DNA of 64,000 nt from Ginglymostoma cirratum (GCA_024137785.1 JAHRHZ010000012.1:50131201-50195200), one strand, 5' to 3'; counted from the stretch's first letter, positions 1-14,039 are shown. A program made the numbers and translations. The notes: generated by a model not told the origin, from the sequence alone.

Positions 1-279
1 TCTGTGCTCTTATCTGTCTGCTGCAAGACAGGCTGAAACCTGACACCTTTACAATGACCATTTTTTAATTTCTGTCAGTTTTTTAAGCTTTTTATCCTCA
101 AACCACACGAGCCAAATTTGGGATTAAAATGCCTGCTAGGATGTCCATTCAGGCCACTTTCAGAAAACCTATCAGTTTCACTTTGGAGCTAAAGAGGATT
201 TTATATTAAAAGCAAACACAGGTTTCCCCCACTAAGCACATGGATTATTATAATTTTAAACTAAAACACTATGTCTGTC

Positions 280-645
280 TTAGCCCAGTGGTAAATAAAA
301 GCATAGGCATTATGTAGAGTGTCATGAGTGAAAAGACTGCTCCAGAGACTTGAAAACATAATCCAGTCTGATACTCCAGTGCTGTGTATTCTTTTGGAAG
401 TGTCTTCAAGTTGAGGTATTGAACCAGCGTTATCTTCCTGGCCAGCTGTATGTAAAAGATCCTAAATGGCAACATGTATTCCTTTACCAACATCTGCAAA
501 TCAGATTATTCCTAATTGGGGGAACATGCAATGTACAAACTGGCTGCACCATTTGCCTGGATTACAGCAGTAACTTTGCTAGCTGTGAACTGCCTTGGAA
601 TGACCTGAAGTTATGACAGCCACTCAAAATGTGAACACATTCGAT
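280..645 (+). mobile_element. Old DeuSINE-like SINE fragment
   Basis: ctccagagacttgaaaacataatccagtctgatactccagtgc...gtaaaagatcc resembles the Deu core; related piece at about 18905-19065. Confidence 0.5.
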
Positions 646-1177
646 GAGCTGTTTAGCCAAACTGCTGAGATCAATCTGTCTGACTCTTGAAGAAACTGAT
701 GAGATGTGATCAGAGAATGAGTGGGAGTAATTTTCCTAATCAGCTACACTTATTCTCAAAAACACAAAACTTCGGAAATGAGTTTATTCAAAACAAGACT
801 AGCAGGGGGGTGATTGGGATGGATGTGACATGATATTCTAGGTTTGTACGTTCAGTTTGCTCTCTAATTTAGCAGCTCATTTGCTTTAATCCTGTCTGCA
901 CCAGATGTTTCAAGATTGTGTGATGCACTAGGGTACAACAATGAATTATGCTTGAATGCATGTGAATATAGCTAATCTGAGGGTGTCATGCAGTATTTCT
1001 GAAGTACTCTGTAGATTATACTTTCATATCAACAATCACATTTACTCCATTATTGATACTTCCACCTCTCAAAATTATTTAAACCTTGATCTAATCTTGC
1101 CTATCTTCACAAATTGCCCAGATTTTGAGCTAACTGCTTTACACTTGATACTCAAATTATCTGAGTCATCGTTATAC

Positions 1178-1366
1178 GTAGACAAACAGGGGGCTGGAGG
1201 AGCACAGCAAACCAGGCAGCATCTGGAGGAAAGGAGCAGTCAACGTTCCGTGAATTACCCTTCTTCAGGACTCCTTTCCTCCAGGTGCTGCCTGGCTTCC
1301 TGTGTTCTTCCAGCCTCCTGTTTGTCTACCTTGGATTCCAGTGTTTGCATTTTTTTTTTTGTCTCC
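1178..1366. mobile_element. Penelope pLTR-derived hairpin mini-element
   Basis: 59-bp inverted arms 1178-1236 / 1271-1329; degenerate hammerhead core on the minus strand in the loop. Confidence 0.65.
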
Positions 1367-1739
1367 AATGTTCTATGTGCCTGTATAGTGGAGAGATAGT
1401 GTAACTTCTGCTGAGTTAGCTGCTAGTCCTTATGCTCTCCATATCATTCACACGTTGAAAGACACACAAATCTAACATTACAACAGAGGTAGTGAAGAGG
1501 GAAAATAAACACAATGAAAAATTACCAGGCTTGTTGGAACCGGGACAAGAATCCTCTCAATTGAGGCCAAAGCTGTTGAAAAGCTTCGTCAAAAATTGTG
1601 CAAATTTGAAGTTGAAATATTTGAAGGATGCAAAGTTAACATACTTTCTGAATCAGGAAAGCTGAAGGGGGGTGGGGTGCAAATAATAACTGCCAAGGGT
1701 ATCACCTCACCTCAACTGAGGGTCAGTAGGGCAAAGGCG

Positions 1740-3750
1740 ATTAATCAGGGGTAATCAACATGATTTTCTTTGAAGTAAAGCCATATTTTATTGAGTTAAT
1801 TGTTGTTTTTTGAGGAAGTAACAAGGAGGATTGATAAAGATGTTGTAGTGGATGTTGTCTATCTTGATTTTAGTGAAGTATTTGACAAGATCCCACATGA
1901 CAGACTGTTAAGAAAAAATAAAGCCCATTGGACACAGGGAATTGTGCAAGTACAATTCAAAATTAGCTCAGCGATAGGAAGCAAAGAGTAATAGTCGGCA
2001 AATGTTTTTGTGAATAGTGCCAGAGGTGTTCTGCATGGCTCAATGTTCTATCATTTGGTGTTTGTAGTATATGTTAATGATTTAGACTTAATTGTGGGAA
2101 TTTTATTGGGAAATTTGGAGATGACACAAAAATCAGTCCGATGATTGATAGTGAAGAGAATAGCTGTTGACCGCGGAATAATCTCAATGATTTGGTTGAG
2201 TGGATGGGAAAGTAGCAAATTGACTTCAATCTGGAGATTGTGCAAGATTATGTCCTTGGGGTGGCAAACAAGTTAATGAAATACACAACAAACCAAAGGG
2301 TATGGAGAGGGGTAGAGGAAATGAGAGGCCTTGGAGTGCATATCCTAATGTCACTGAGAGTGGCAGGGCGAGTAGATAAAATGGTAAAAGAGGTAAATGG
2401 GATGCTCTCCTTCATTGCATGAGGTATTCAATACAAAATCAGGGATGCAATGTAGGAAATATATAAGGTACTAGTTAATTCACACCTGGAGTTTGCGTGT
2501 ACAGTCTGATCACCATAATACAGGAAGGACGCTATTGTCACAAGGAGAAGAAAAACTAGATTCAAAAGAATGTTGGCAGGTGTTGGGAATTGCAGGCATG
2601 AGGAAAGGTTGGATAGACTTGTGTTGCTTTTCTTATAAGAAAGGCAGCCAAAGGGTGACTTAGAGGACATGTATAAAATAATGAGGAGCTTTAATGGGAG
2701 TGGACAGGGAAGACCTGTTTCTCATAGCTGAAAGATTAATTACCAAGAGCATAAATTTAATATGGTTGCTAGAAGGATTAGAGGAGACATAAAGGAAGTC
2801 TCCCAGAGGGATGTCAACATCAGGAATTCACTGCCCAGTTTAATGGTTGAGTCAGAAGCCTTCAACTCATTTACAAAGAATCTGGATCTGTACCTGGAGT
2901 GGTGTAACAAGCAAAGCTATGGACCAGGTACTGGATAGAGGGATTAGAACTGGCAGCTAGTCTAGTCAGCTGGTGCCAACACGATGGGCTGAATGCCTTC
3001 TTTCTGTGCTGCAACCAACTCTGGTTTCTACTGCCTAAATTGTGAGAGATTGCATACCTCCATGATGCAGAGGGATAAGGTGTCCTGGTGCATTAACCAC
3101 AAAAGGTTAATATGTAGGTACAGCAATTAATTGGCTCAGCAAATGGATTGTTATCATTTATAGTGAAGAGAATTGAATAGAAAATTAAGGAGGTTATGTT
3201 TCAGTTATAAAGCACACTGGTGAGATCATATCTGGAGTACTGCATTGGTTCTCTTATTGAAGACAGGTTGTAAATGCAAGGGAAGCAGGTCAACAAAGGA
3301 TTATTACACTGATACCTGGAATGGAGAGTTGTCTTATGAGGAAAGGTTGAACAAACTAGGCTTGTATTCACCAGAGTTCAGAAGAGTGAGCGTTGACTTG
3401 TTTGAAACTAATTGGTCCTGAGGGTTCTTGACAGACTGAAGGTAGAAATGATGTTTCCTCATGGGAGAATCTAGAACTAGAGGCTTCTGCAAAAACAAGG
3501 AATCACTCCTTTAAGATTGAAATAAAGATAAATTTTGCCTCACAGAAGGCTCTGAGATTTTGGAACCCTCTTCTTCAGCAGACGATGAAAACAGAGTTTT
3601 GAATATTTTAAAGGCAGAAGTAAAAAGATGCTTGACAAGGTTATCAGGAATAGGAGGAATGTGAAATAATTTGATCAGCCATGATCTGCTTTAATTGTAG
3701 AACAATCTCAGATGACTGAGAGACCTACTTCTGCTCAGAATTTATATGTT
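1740..3750 (+). mobile_element. Two tandem CR1-clade LINE 3' fragments (about 1740-3030 and 3030-3750)
   Basis: VDVVYLDFSEVFDKIPHDRLL RT motif, later PHLE...WSP-like motif and CR1 3' UTRs. Confidence 0.9.
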
Positions 3751-4063
3751 CATCAAAACCAGGACTACTTAACTACCTTAAGCAATGCAAGTGTGGGGTG
3801 AGCCTCACCCTAAAATAGGGGATCATATTGCATGTGATTGAGGGTACAGATGTCAAATAGGTGAGGGTACAAGTGTTAGGTAAGCGAGCAATTAGTGTGC
3901 TAGCTTCCACATGAGGAGGGGTGGCTCAAATGGCAGCAAGTGGGAGGATAGGGGTTTTCTCAGAACGGGTGGAGATGGCTTTTTAAATGTGTGGATAGGA
4001 CAAGCATAATGCTCTTGCAGACAACTGCAGTTTTAAAAACATAGCTTTGTTTCTAAGTTCCAG

Positions 4064-4448
4064 TTTCAGTCAGCTCATCTGACATTGACAGAGGATATGA
4101 AATGTCCATTAAGTCCCTTATTTACCAATGCAAAAGTCCTAAAGATTGTTTTTGGACATGACCCTTTGTGATATGGGTTTACAACTAAGTGAATTTTAAA
4201 ACTTTGGACTGAAATTTCAATATTTGAAAGTATTGATTTTGGAGATTTTGATGGAAGGTTTCTCTCTATGAGGTCTGGTGCGTTTTCTTGTGACTTATCT
4301 CATTAAGTATACACCATTCGTCCAAATCACTGTTTCACTGGTATTTCACACTCACCAGCACCAGGAGTACTCACTGATTGTGGGACCTTCTGAGTTTCCC
4401 TCTGTTCAAGCCATGTTTAATTCCCAATTATGCACCAGCTCGAATGCT
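4064..4448 (+). pseudogene. Exon remnant with a complete RGS-like domain
   Basis: ttccag acceptor, gct|gtaagt donor. VLKIVFGHDPL*YGFTTK*ILKLWTEISIFESI, frameshift, FLVTYLIKYTPFVQITVS...GPSEFPSVQAMFNSQL. Confidence 0.65.
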
Positions 4449-4479
4449 GTAAGTCAGGAAGAGCCTTTCACAGTTGCTA

Positions 4480-6160
4480 TGTTTGATAAATTGCCAAAGA
4501 GATGTCCGATAGAGGCTAGTTTGGCACCTTACATTGCTGATGAGGACCGAGAGGTCCTGGTGGATAAGGTGCTGGACAGGAGGGCTGCCCTATTACCTCA
4601 AGAATACCTAAGGAGACCATAACTCCAAACTCTGCCACCTGGGTCAGTGAGATGGCCAACGTCTGGTGGAACACCCTGCTATGCAGGAAGATGGTTAGTT
4701 ATCCTCTTACCTCTGCGATGGTATGTGTCACCATCTTCTCTCTGCTACCTCACATTCACACTCTCTTTCTGCTTTTGCACCTACCTCCACACAAGACTCA
4801 CATCCAACCATTCCCTCAATCACTCTCACCTCCCAATCTAATAACCATTCCAGACTTCTGCACTTCCTATTCACTCACTCGGGACACCTCACCAACATTC
4901 CTCCACCAATATTAACAGCTGTGTAAAACACTTTCATCTCAGTCAATCCCTGCCCTGTCTTAATCCAGGGAAGATTTGCCCACAATAGCTCAGAGAGGGC
5001 CATGACAGGTGATGGGAAGTCCAACATTCATCTACTAACCCCCTATAAGGGAAGAATGCTTTCCTTATCAGGAGAGGACCGTGACAGCTTATGTGGTAAT
5101 GCCAAGAACTCTGTAACTCAGCAGCTAAGTCAGGACCATTGCTTAGTCCCACTACCAACACTGTGAATGCCTTCTTAAACTGTCTAAACCTCGATCTTAT
5201 TATGCAACTCATTCCCTTCTTTGTATTCTGCAGGTATGACTGCATCCACACAACCTCCACCATGAATAGACCAGTCCCTCCGAACATCAGCTCCTCCTCC
5301 AACTCTGACAAAAAAGATGCAGACCCCTCTGAGGATGCATTGGAAAGGTTGTCTCCTGCACCCCCACCAACTCAGACACGACATCTCAGTGGATATGTTA
5401 GTTAGATTAGACTCGGGGTGCACTTTCTGGAGAATACATCACTGCCATGTCTCTACAGTTGGTGAGGAAGAGATGTCCCATTTTCTGACACTCAGAAGGA
5501 CTGCCAGACATAAGATATCTGCTCAGCCTCAGGCAGAGAGGATTCCATGGTGTTAGCCATTAATAAGTTCATTAAAATAAACAGACACATAGCAGCAGGC
5601 AGGTATTTTTGACACACTCTGGAAACTTGATCAATGGTTAGAGAAGGTCACCAACGACATTTGTAGTGCTTCTGGCATGTGGCATGCAGTTGTCCCATGA
5701 ACATTTTGCTGGGTGCCATGGTGAGCCTGCACATGCGTGCAGGCCTGAATGCTATCACTTTAGCCAACAGTGCTCAAAACCCATGGTGAGCTGACAGGGG
5801 TTGAGGAACGTTCCTGTCACACCAGGGGTTTCTTTCTCATGAGAAAACAGAGTGGTGCCAGTCGGAGAAAAATCTGTGTACATGACCCTGAGAAACCTCC
5901 TCTCAGGACTCTCCAGAGGGGCCCAACCCCTCTGCCAGCCACACACAAACCTGTGCATGTTCAAAGCAAGGAGGGTAGGCCCGCATCTGTCCAGGACACT
6001 CTCAGCATATCTGGGCTATCGAGTTACAGGTTCACCTAGGGTCATCCACCCAAAACTCTAAGGTCAACAGGCTCCACTACAGCACAACTCCCCCTCTTCC
6101 CCAGCTGAGGCCCCTGGGACTGAACCAAAACAAAGTGAGAGGGAAAGGAAAAATAAAACA
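4480..6160 (+). mobile_element. PIF/Harbinger Myb/SANT-like ORF relic with introns
   Basis: LAPYIADEDREVLVDKVLDRRAALLP...CRKMVS, donor at 4721, acceptor at 4968, then AHNSSERAMTGDG...LLTP. Confidence 0.75.
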
Positions 6161-6604
6161 TTATCGGGACAAATAGGTGGCATGGGTGATGCTTCATTGT
6201 AAATATAATTCCACGTTGTCAATATATATTCACTTTACAAGATTATGTGAGTGATCGATTGTCATATTAGCTACAGCTGCAAGAATAAAGGTAGAAGGGG
6301 TAGCTATCCATAGTGTCACACAATATTATAATCTTGTCTGAATGATAGTAGAATCATAGTGATGATTTGACATTCTATAATGCCATGGTAGCATAAAACT
6401 GAATCATTATTGAATCGTGGAGCATCAGATATTGTGAAGGCTTCCACATATTTGTGACATTAACATGAGGAAAGGCAAGGAAAACAAACTAGAAAACTGC
6501 ATTTGCATTTGGGATTAAACAGGGAATGCTTATCTCTGCAGTATCAATATTTTTGCAGTCAATGAATGATGATGTCACCCAACTTGATTTCACTGAAAGC
6601 AGTT

Positions 6605-9215
6605 CAAAACATAAGAACTGGAGTAGGCTATTCAGCCTCCTCCGCTATTTAATATGATCATGCCTGATCAATCACTCCAAAGCTTTCCAAATACATTATC
6701 CCCGTAATAGTTTACACCACTGAAGTCAAAAATTTATCAACCTCTCCTTAAATGTGGCAGTGTCTGCTAACATTCTCACCTGCCAGCAGCTATGCAAGTA
6801 TACTAATTGGAAACATGCATATATACAATTCTACACCCAATACATCATATAAAATTTCTGTATGACATCATATGCAAAGCCCACACTGTACCTATACGGA
6901 GAATAAGCACGATTGTGAAACAGGGTTCAGTGTTGGAGAGCGAGTACACAGGATGGAGGTGTGAGTGAGGACATGAGGGGCGATTGAAGACCCGGTACCC
7001 AGGAAACTCTCCCCTCCCCCATCTCTATCCTTCTCCCTTCCCTCCCCTTCCAGGGACCTGGGCCGCATTCCTCCAGAAGTAGTTTACATGTGCATTGCAT
7101 AACATAGCACGCATGCAACAGTGTTAGCAAACACAGCCTTAAATGTACTCAAAGGCTGAATTTCCAAAGTCCTCTAGGGTAAAGAATTCCAAAGATTCAT
7201 AACACCCCTCAATCTTAAATGGCACCCACCTCACTTTTAAATTGTGCTCCCTTGGTTCAAGAATCTCCAAGCAGGGGAAACATCTTGCTCACATTTACTT
7301 TGTATATCCCTTTAAGTATTCCATAGGTTTCAATGAGATAATTTCTCATTCTTCAAATCATGGGAAAATACAGGTCCAGTTTGCCCAATCTCCCTCCACA
7401 GGACAGACCTGCCATCCTGGGAACAAATCTGGTGAACCTTTGTTGCATTGCCTCTCTGACAATAATACCTTAGAGTGATAGGGTTCGAGGGTTATACAGC
7501 ACAGAAACAGACTCTTCGATCGAATTTGTCCATGCTAACCAGTTATCCTCAACTGATCTTGTCCCATTTGACAACATTGGGCCCTTATCCCTCTAAACCC
7601 TTCCTATCCATGTACTCATCCAGACGCCTTTTAAATTAGCCCATAACTGCGCACAGTACTGCAGGTGCAGTCTAATAAAGTTCCTACACAATTAAAGCAA
7701 TTGTACACTACTCCGTACTCAAATCCTCTGGTGATAAAGGCTAACGTTCTATTAACCTTCCTGATAGCTTGCATCCACATGCTGGCCTTCAGTGATTTAT
7801 CGACAAGGACACCCAAGTCCCTTGCACATCTGTATTTTTCAATCTCTCACCAGACAAGAAATGCTCTGCCCATCTGTTCTTCCTATCAACGTGGATAACA
7901 ACACATTTTTTTCACATTTTATTCCATCTGCTATGTTGTTTCTCAATCACCAAGCCTGTCCAAATCCTCCTGAAAATATTTTGTATCTTCCTCCCAACAT
8001 GCAATATGCTTAATTTTGCATCATCTGCAAATGTAGTAATGGTTCATTGGGCCACTGCATCCCAATCATCGATGAATATTATGAACAGCTGAGGCCCATG
8101 TACTGATCTTATTATTAATTACAGCTTGCCAAAGTGAAAATGACCCATTTATTCCTACTCTCTGTTTTTTGCCTGTTAGCCAATCGTTATTCCATGCCAG
8201 AACATTAACTCATATACCATTTGTTTTAATTTTGCTAATCAACCCTCTGTGAGAGATGTAAGGATTGTAACAAGGTCAGCTGGACCTCATAGAATATGAG
8301 TTCCTTGATTGGAGCAGTTGATCTGGTCCAGTTAGGGAGCTCTGGCTGACATAAGAGGATGCATGTCAGGGATATTGAGCTCCTGGCATATCTGACTCAG
8401 TGAGAGGCAGTGCTATTGTCAGAGCCTATACTTTTGTAAATAAAGGGTGACTGGTGTTGGAACAATGGCCTCTGAAGTGTTATCTCGGGTGGCATTATCA
8501 TAGCCTTCTGAAAATCCAAATATACTGCATCTATCAACTCCTATTTATCAATTTTGATGGTAACATTCTCAAATGACTCGAACAAGTTTGACAAACATGA
8601 TTTTCCATTCACAATCCATGTTGATTATTCCAAATCAAATCATTTTCATCTAAGTGCCCATTTGTCAGTTCTTTATGATAGATTCTAGCATTTTCTCTTG
8701 TTGATATAAGGCTCATATAGTTCTCTGATTTTTCACTTGCTCTTCTCTTAAATGTGGAGTGACTTTTACAAGCTTCAAATCTGCAAAACTCATTCCATAT
8801 TCTATGGAATTTTAGAAGATGATCACCAATGCATTGATTATCTCTATAGCCACCTATCTGGGTACCGAATCCAACACTCTAGGATGTAATCTATCAGGTC
8901 CTGGATACTGCAACTTTCATTCACATCAATTTCTCCAGTACAATCTTCTTATTAACATTTAATTCCTCCAGCTATGCATTCTGTCATCACGTTGATCTCT
9001 AATTCTGGTATATTTCTTGTATTTTCCCCAGTGAAAACACACACAAGGTAATGATTTAGCTCCTCTGCCACTTCTCTATTCTCTGTTGTAAATTCTTCTG
9101 ACTCTACTTTTAATGAACTCATGCTCATCTAAACTAAACATTTCCATCCAGACTACATTGGTATTCTATTTTTCCTTTCCCCACCAGTTTCTTGGTCCTC
9201 CTTTATCTGTATTCT
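6605..9215 (-). mobile_element. CR1 LINE ORF2 relic with nested insertions
   Basis: LGVLVDKSLK...KVNRTLAFITRGFEY; DFQKA motif near 8500-8530; nested CR1/HER1 tail at about 7483-7632. Confidence 0.85.
8257..8487 (+). mobile_element. Gypsy-type LTR inserted in CR1
   Basis: Starts TGTAAG, AATAAA near 8439, followed by PBS-like gtggca; cleanly interrupts the CR1. Confidence 0.55.
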
Positions 9216-9289
9216 AAAAACTTGAAAACAAAGTTGTGACAGATATTGCTAAAGAATTCCAATATGGGTTGCAGTTGGCTGATGATGTT

Positions 9290-9500
9290 GCAATGAAGGA
9301 TCATCAAGGTTAGTTTCTTCTGACGAATGTCCTCCACTTCCTACTTGATTCAAAGTCGTGGCTCTCTAAGATCCTCATCACTTATTACACACTCTTGTTG
9401 CATCTTCCAGAGCAAAGTATGCAAGGATTATGCAGCACACTCTATTGTATTGCAATGAGCCTCCAGCCCAATGCAAGCATGGGAACCTCATGATGAGATG
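9290..9500 (-). mobile_element. Harbinger (HARBI1-like) DDE transposase C-terminal relic
   Basis: LIMRFPCLHWAGGSLQYNRVCCIILAYFAL fits LK.RFRCLD.SGG.LQY.P.....II.ACC.LHN. Confidence 0.75.
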
Positions 9501-9707
9501 ATAATTAATAACCCTTGCTGGCCTGTGTGGAAGAGGGTGTTGCATTGCAAATATGCTAAGCCTCATGACCACCTCTGAACAGACTATAAAGCTCTGCACC
9601 TCAACCGTTGCAGCAGATGACAGATGTGTCCTGGGATGTACTCATTCAGTGACACCACTGCCTGTTTGTCTTCTGGAGGATATTCCATCAAAGAAGAATG
9701 AAAGTCT

Positions 9708-10038
9708 CATAGAAGCATAAAATCCCTACAGTGTGGAAACAGGCCCTTTGGCCCAACAAGTCCACACCAACTCACAGATTATCCCACCCAGACCCATCCC
9801 CCACTATAAACCCACCTAATCTACACATCCCTGAACACTACGGGCAATTTAGCATGGCCAATCCACCTAGCCTGCACATCTTTGGACTGTGGGAGGAGAC
9901 CAGAGCCTCCAGAGGAAACCCCCATAGGCAAGGTGAGAATGCGCAAACTCCACACAGGCAGTTGCCTGAGGGTGGAATCGAACCCGGGTCCCTGGCACTG
10001 TGAGGCAACAGTACTAACCACTGAGCCACCATGCCGCC
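9708..10038 (-). mobile_element. HE1-type V-SINE, full length
   Basis: tRNA-like head with A box TGGCTCAGTGG and B box GGTTCGATTCC, V core, CR1/HER1-type tail ctgtagggatt. Confidence 0.9.
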
Positions 10039-10404
10039 CTGATCTCTTGAACTTTCTGCGCAACATGTGGGCAATGATTGCTGGAAACTGCATTAAGACA
10101 TCTGCTGGAAGTTGCTGCTGGGCCTAGACTTCCAGACTCATGTTTCTTATTCATTTCTATAGATGCACATAGTGCAGCAGACACAGAAACAACAAGAGGT
10201 TCTGTGCCTGGATTCACTGGGGACAATTCCAATGGGCTTATGGGAGGAATATGAGAAACAAAGCAAATCCTCTGTAATGGGATCATTCAGCAGTTCCATC
10301 ATACACAAATAACATTTAATAATCATGCTCCAAATGCTGGGGCATGGAGGCATCCAGCAAGGAGAGCAATGGGATGTCTCCACATCGATAGTTTACATAT
10401 TTAG

Positions 10405-10880
10405 ATTAAGATGCAAGCAGAAGTTGGCCATTCAGTGAGATCATGACTGATCTGATAATCCTCAATTCCACTTTCCTGCCTTTTCCCCCATAACTCTTGA
10501 TTCCCTCACTGGTTAGAAATATCTATATCTCAGCTTTGAATATACGAAATGACCCAGCCTGAACAGCCCTCCCTGGTAAAGAACTCCACAGACTCACTCC
10601 CCTCTGAGAGAAGAAATATTTTCTCATCTCTGTCTTAAATGTGCAACTCCTTACTCTGAGATTTTGCCCTCTGGTGCTAAACTCTCCCACAAGGGAAAGC
10701 AACATTTACGCATTAACCCTGTAACATCTCCTAAAAATCTTGTGTGTTTCAATAAGGTCATCTCTCATCCTTCTATATACCATGTACAGGCCCAACTTAC
10801 TCAACTCTCCTCATAAGAGAATCTGTCCATCCCTGGGATCAGTCTAGTGAACCTTCCCCGGACTGCCTTCAATGCCAGTA
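10405..10880 (-). mobile_element. CR1 LINE 3' end
   Basis: TRGQNLRVRSCTFKTEMRKYFFSQRGVSLWSSLP. Confidence 0.9.
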
Positions 10881-11004
10881 TGTCAAGCCACGTAGCATGC
10901 ACACATTAGGAGATTGCTCATGTGGGTAGGAAGAATGAGACCTTTTCCCCCAGACCCATCCCCACATTACTCAAGAAAGAAAGCATGAATATAAGATAAA
11001 ATAA

Positions 11005-11132
11005 AAGCAAAATACTGCAGATGCTGGAAATCTGAAATAAAAGCGGAAATACTGGGGAAACTCAGCAGGTCTAGCAGCAGTTGTGGAGAGAAACAAAGTT
11101 AATGTTTCAAGTCTGGCATGGCTCTTCTTCAG
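11005..11132 (-). mobile_element. Penelope pLTR fragment
   Basis: ctgcagatgctggaaatctgaaa...ctcagcagg family; same family at 42270-42400 (-), 49895-49983 (-), 55064-55160 (+). Confidence 0.7.
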
Positions 11133-11509
11133 TTTTTAAACATTCTCCAGCACTTTCTGTATCAAATGTAAAGTAATGATGTGGAAAGGTATGAGGTAAG
11201 CAGCTCCTGACTTTGTGCAGGATTTGTGTTTACGAATTGTAAAACAACAGAGAAACTTTATTGCTCCCCTAACATTACATCTGCTTTGCAGCCACTATTA
11301 GGAGTAATTTATAATGATCACTGACACGGTCAAAATCACTTATGGACAGGGTTTTTATTCAACATAGCTGGTAAATGCTTGAGGTTCTCATAAAACAGAT
11401 ATTTTCTAATCAAACTGTCCAAAAATGTTATGACACACCTCTGGAGCAAATGAGACTTGAACCCAGGCCTCCTAGCTCCAAGACTGGGGACAACATTGCA
11501 CTACAAGAG

Positions 11510-12390
11510 ATAAATCATTACTGGCAAACATGGCAGGCTGCCTGGTTTTGTGTCTGCATTAAAATGGAAGATAAGACAGAAGTACAGTGAGCCTTAAGTT
11601 CGGAATGAGGCACAAAAAGCAAGTCAAGGCCATGCAGAGATGCTGTGAGCATCCAAGTAGGTACAAAGAGAATGAGTGCTAAGAAAGAGCACTAAGAGCC
11701 ATGAGATGCATCCTATTCTGATACATGAAATGGTACCTGTCCCCACACACAATTTGGACGGGCAGCAGATTGCAATGAAATGTGTCAGTCAGCTCCAAAG
11801 CACAGAATTGAAGTGGTGATCTGCATTATAGGTGAATTGAAGATTTGACCTGATGATGTAATGAGACTGGTGCTTGACTGAGGCCAGCCTCTTCTATGTG
11901 CCCTGAGATGTTAGGGACTGCTGGCTAAGATGAAGACCTAGAGGAGAAAGCAGTGAACTGGAGTCACTGTCTAGTTTCTCGCTGCTGCCTTAGTAAATTA
12001 GAAAACTGCCACTTGCTAATGTGATTCTCATCTAACTGGTAACACTATCGGATTTTATTTTCTTGACATTGGGAATTTAGTTTTTCAATTCCGTATTTTC
12101 CAAATTTTCCAACTATTGTACATGCCAATGACCTTTTATTGCACATCGTAAGCTGCAGTTTCATTGAGCTTGGTTGACATTGACAGAGAAGATGAAATGC
12201 CTATAAGGCCCCTTATTTGCAAATGCTTTGGGCGGAATGGTTGTTTCAGGCTTGAGCCTAGCAATATGGCAGGTGGTACACTTCCAGCCAGAAATGAAAA
12301 TGTGCTTCCTTTCTTGCATATTGGAGGTTTAATAGACCAATTAGCAGTTGAATTTCAAGCATTGTGCAGCTCAGTTGATAAGCCATAAAC
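11510..12390 (+). pseudogene. Two heavily decayed RGS-like exon remnants (about 11510-11990 and 12140-12390)
   Basis: AAWFCVCIKMED / QVKAMQRCCEH / NLDGQQIAMKCVSQL, and KLQF (frameshift) SLVDIDREDEMPIRPLICKCFGRNGCFRL...LIDQLAVEFQAL. Confidence 0.4.
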
Positions 12391-12747
12391 TCTATTCAGT
12401 ATTCTGATAATTGAAAGAGTTATTTTTATAGAAAATGCAAATCTTATGAAAAAAATTAGTTAATATGAAATCAGAACATATGAAAGCTAAATCCTTCCGG
12501 TAATGTATGTTAATGGTAGTGGAGTGAGTAAGGAAAGATAAGACAAGCAGTACACAGATTTTCATTTTGTCAATGAGGAATAGCTTCCTGGAATTCATAG
12601 AAATTGAAACACACTGGAGATAATCAGTCATACTAATAAGGCAGGGATTTATGAAGCTGCCACTATCACTACCAATGTTTCATTTCAAAAAATAGGCATG
12701 CTGTGGCTGTGCACGAGAAATTAGATCTCTTTATGTCTATTTTCCAG

Positions 12748-13262
12748 GTTTTAAACTAGCACAACAGAGGCCATTTTGACACAAATACCCTGCAGCAGAA
12801 GTATATCTGAAAGACAACCGTATTGATATTGGAACCAAATCATTTTTCGAATACCTACAAATGGAACACACAGAGCTATTCTGAGGTCTCATTTTGAAAA
12901 CTGAATGCCGATCAGTGTAGCTCGAGTCATCTCCATGCAGGACGACACCAGGGTCATCAAACTGCAATCACTGGACATGGTTTTCTGTGTCGTAAGACAA
13001 TGGTTTGTGTGGTGGTGGTCATATCAGTGTTGAGCATTGCTTGTTGTAATGAAGTGTCAGCCTTGCCACCTACGTGCTGTAAGTGGCTTGTGGCTGCTGT
13101 GCTGCTGTATTGATGGTAAAAGGAAACTCTGGGCTGCCAGCGCTTACCTGGGTCGATGGCTGGGATCAAAAGTGGTGGCAGCACCAGGGATCCTGGGATA
13201 GGCCAGCCTAAAATAACTCGGAGAATGGGCCAGCAAATGATGAGAAGGGTCCATGGGGTGCG
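12748..13262 (+). pseudogene. RGS-like exon remnant
   Basis: Acceptor tctattttccag; DIGTKSFFEYLQMEHTELF*GLILKTE (GTKS...TELF at 12831-12881) fits RGS helices 3-4 (G...F..FL..E.SEE); locally CpG-enriched. Confidence 0.65.
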
Positions 13263-13361
13263 GTACCTGTGTGTTACTAAGACATGTTTCTAGTGATTGC
13301 ATGTGAAAACTCACTAGGCCTTACAGAGATAAACCTTAGTTGAAAACTGATGGGCAGAACA

Positions 13362-13755
13362 TGGAGGTGATGGCCTAGTGGGTGCTATCACAAGACTATT
13401 GCTCCAAAAACTTGGATATTGTTCTGAGGACCCAGGTTCGGATCCCACCATGGCAGAAGGTGGAATGTGAATTCAACAAAAAAAAAACACTGGAATTAAA
13501 AATCTACTGATTACCACTAAACCATTGTCGAATGTCAGAAAAAGCCAACTGGCTAGCTAATGTCCTTCAGGGAAGAAAATCTGCCATCTTCACCTTGTCT
13601 GGCCTACATTTGTCAATAGACCCACGACAATGTGGTTGACTCTCAACTGCCCTCTGGCATGGCCTAACAAGCCATTCAGCTCAAGGATAGCTAGAGACAG
13701 ATAATAAATGCTTGCCAGCCAGCGGCACCCATATTTTCACAAGTGAATAAAAATA
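13362..13755 (+). mobile_element. tRNA-derived SINE with LINE-shared 3' tail
   Basis: A box tggcctagtgg, B box ggttcggatcc; tail (aataaatgct.gcc.gccagcg) shared with LINE ends at 21295-21555, 25560-25955, 45060-45310, 53170-53255. Confidence 0.7.
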
Positions 13756-14039
13756 AACTTACAGAAACCTGAGCAAAGTGAGCTATGGCAAAATATGTGG
13801 CAGAATCTGGGAACAAATATGGCAAGTATATTATTGATCAACAGAAACTCACTCCTTGTTTAATGCTTTTCATAAACTGCATAATAAGATTCTCAGTAGA
13901 TAGCAAAGAGATGCCAATTGACAGGCATTGTTAAATACCTCGTCAACGGCACAACTCACTCATCAATATTCAGTCTCCCACCTTATCAACCTCACTGAAT
14001 AAGCTCGATGTTGGGTAAGATTCACCCCATAATTGTATT

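Noticed and set aside
12737-13290. Minus-strand frames with RdRp-like words (ATTFDPSH, GGKADTSL...LN, VLHGDDS), or a minus-strand exon at 13148-13266
   Set aside because: The motifs are in three frames with too short an A-B spacing and the acceptor is weak; the + strand has a good acceptor and a clear RGS-like translation, so these are antisense shadows.
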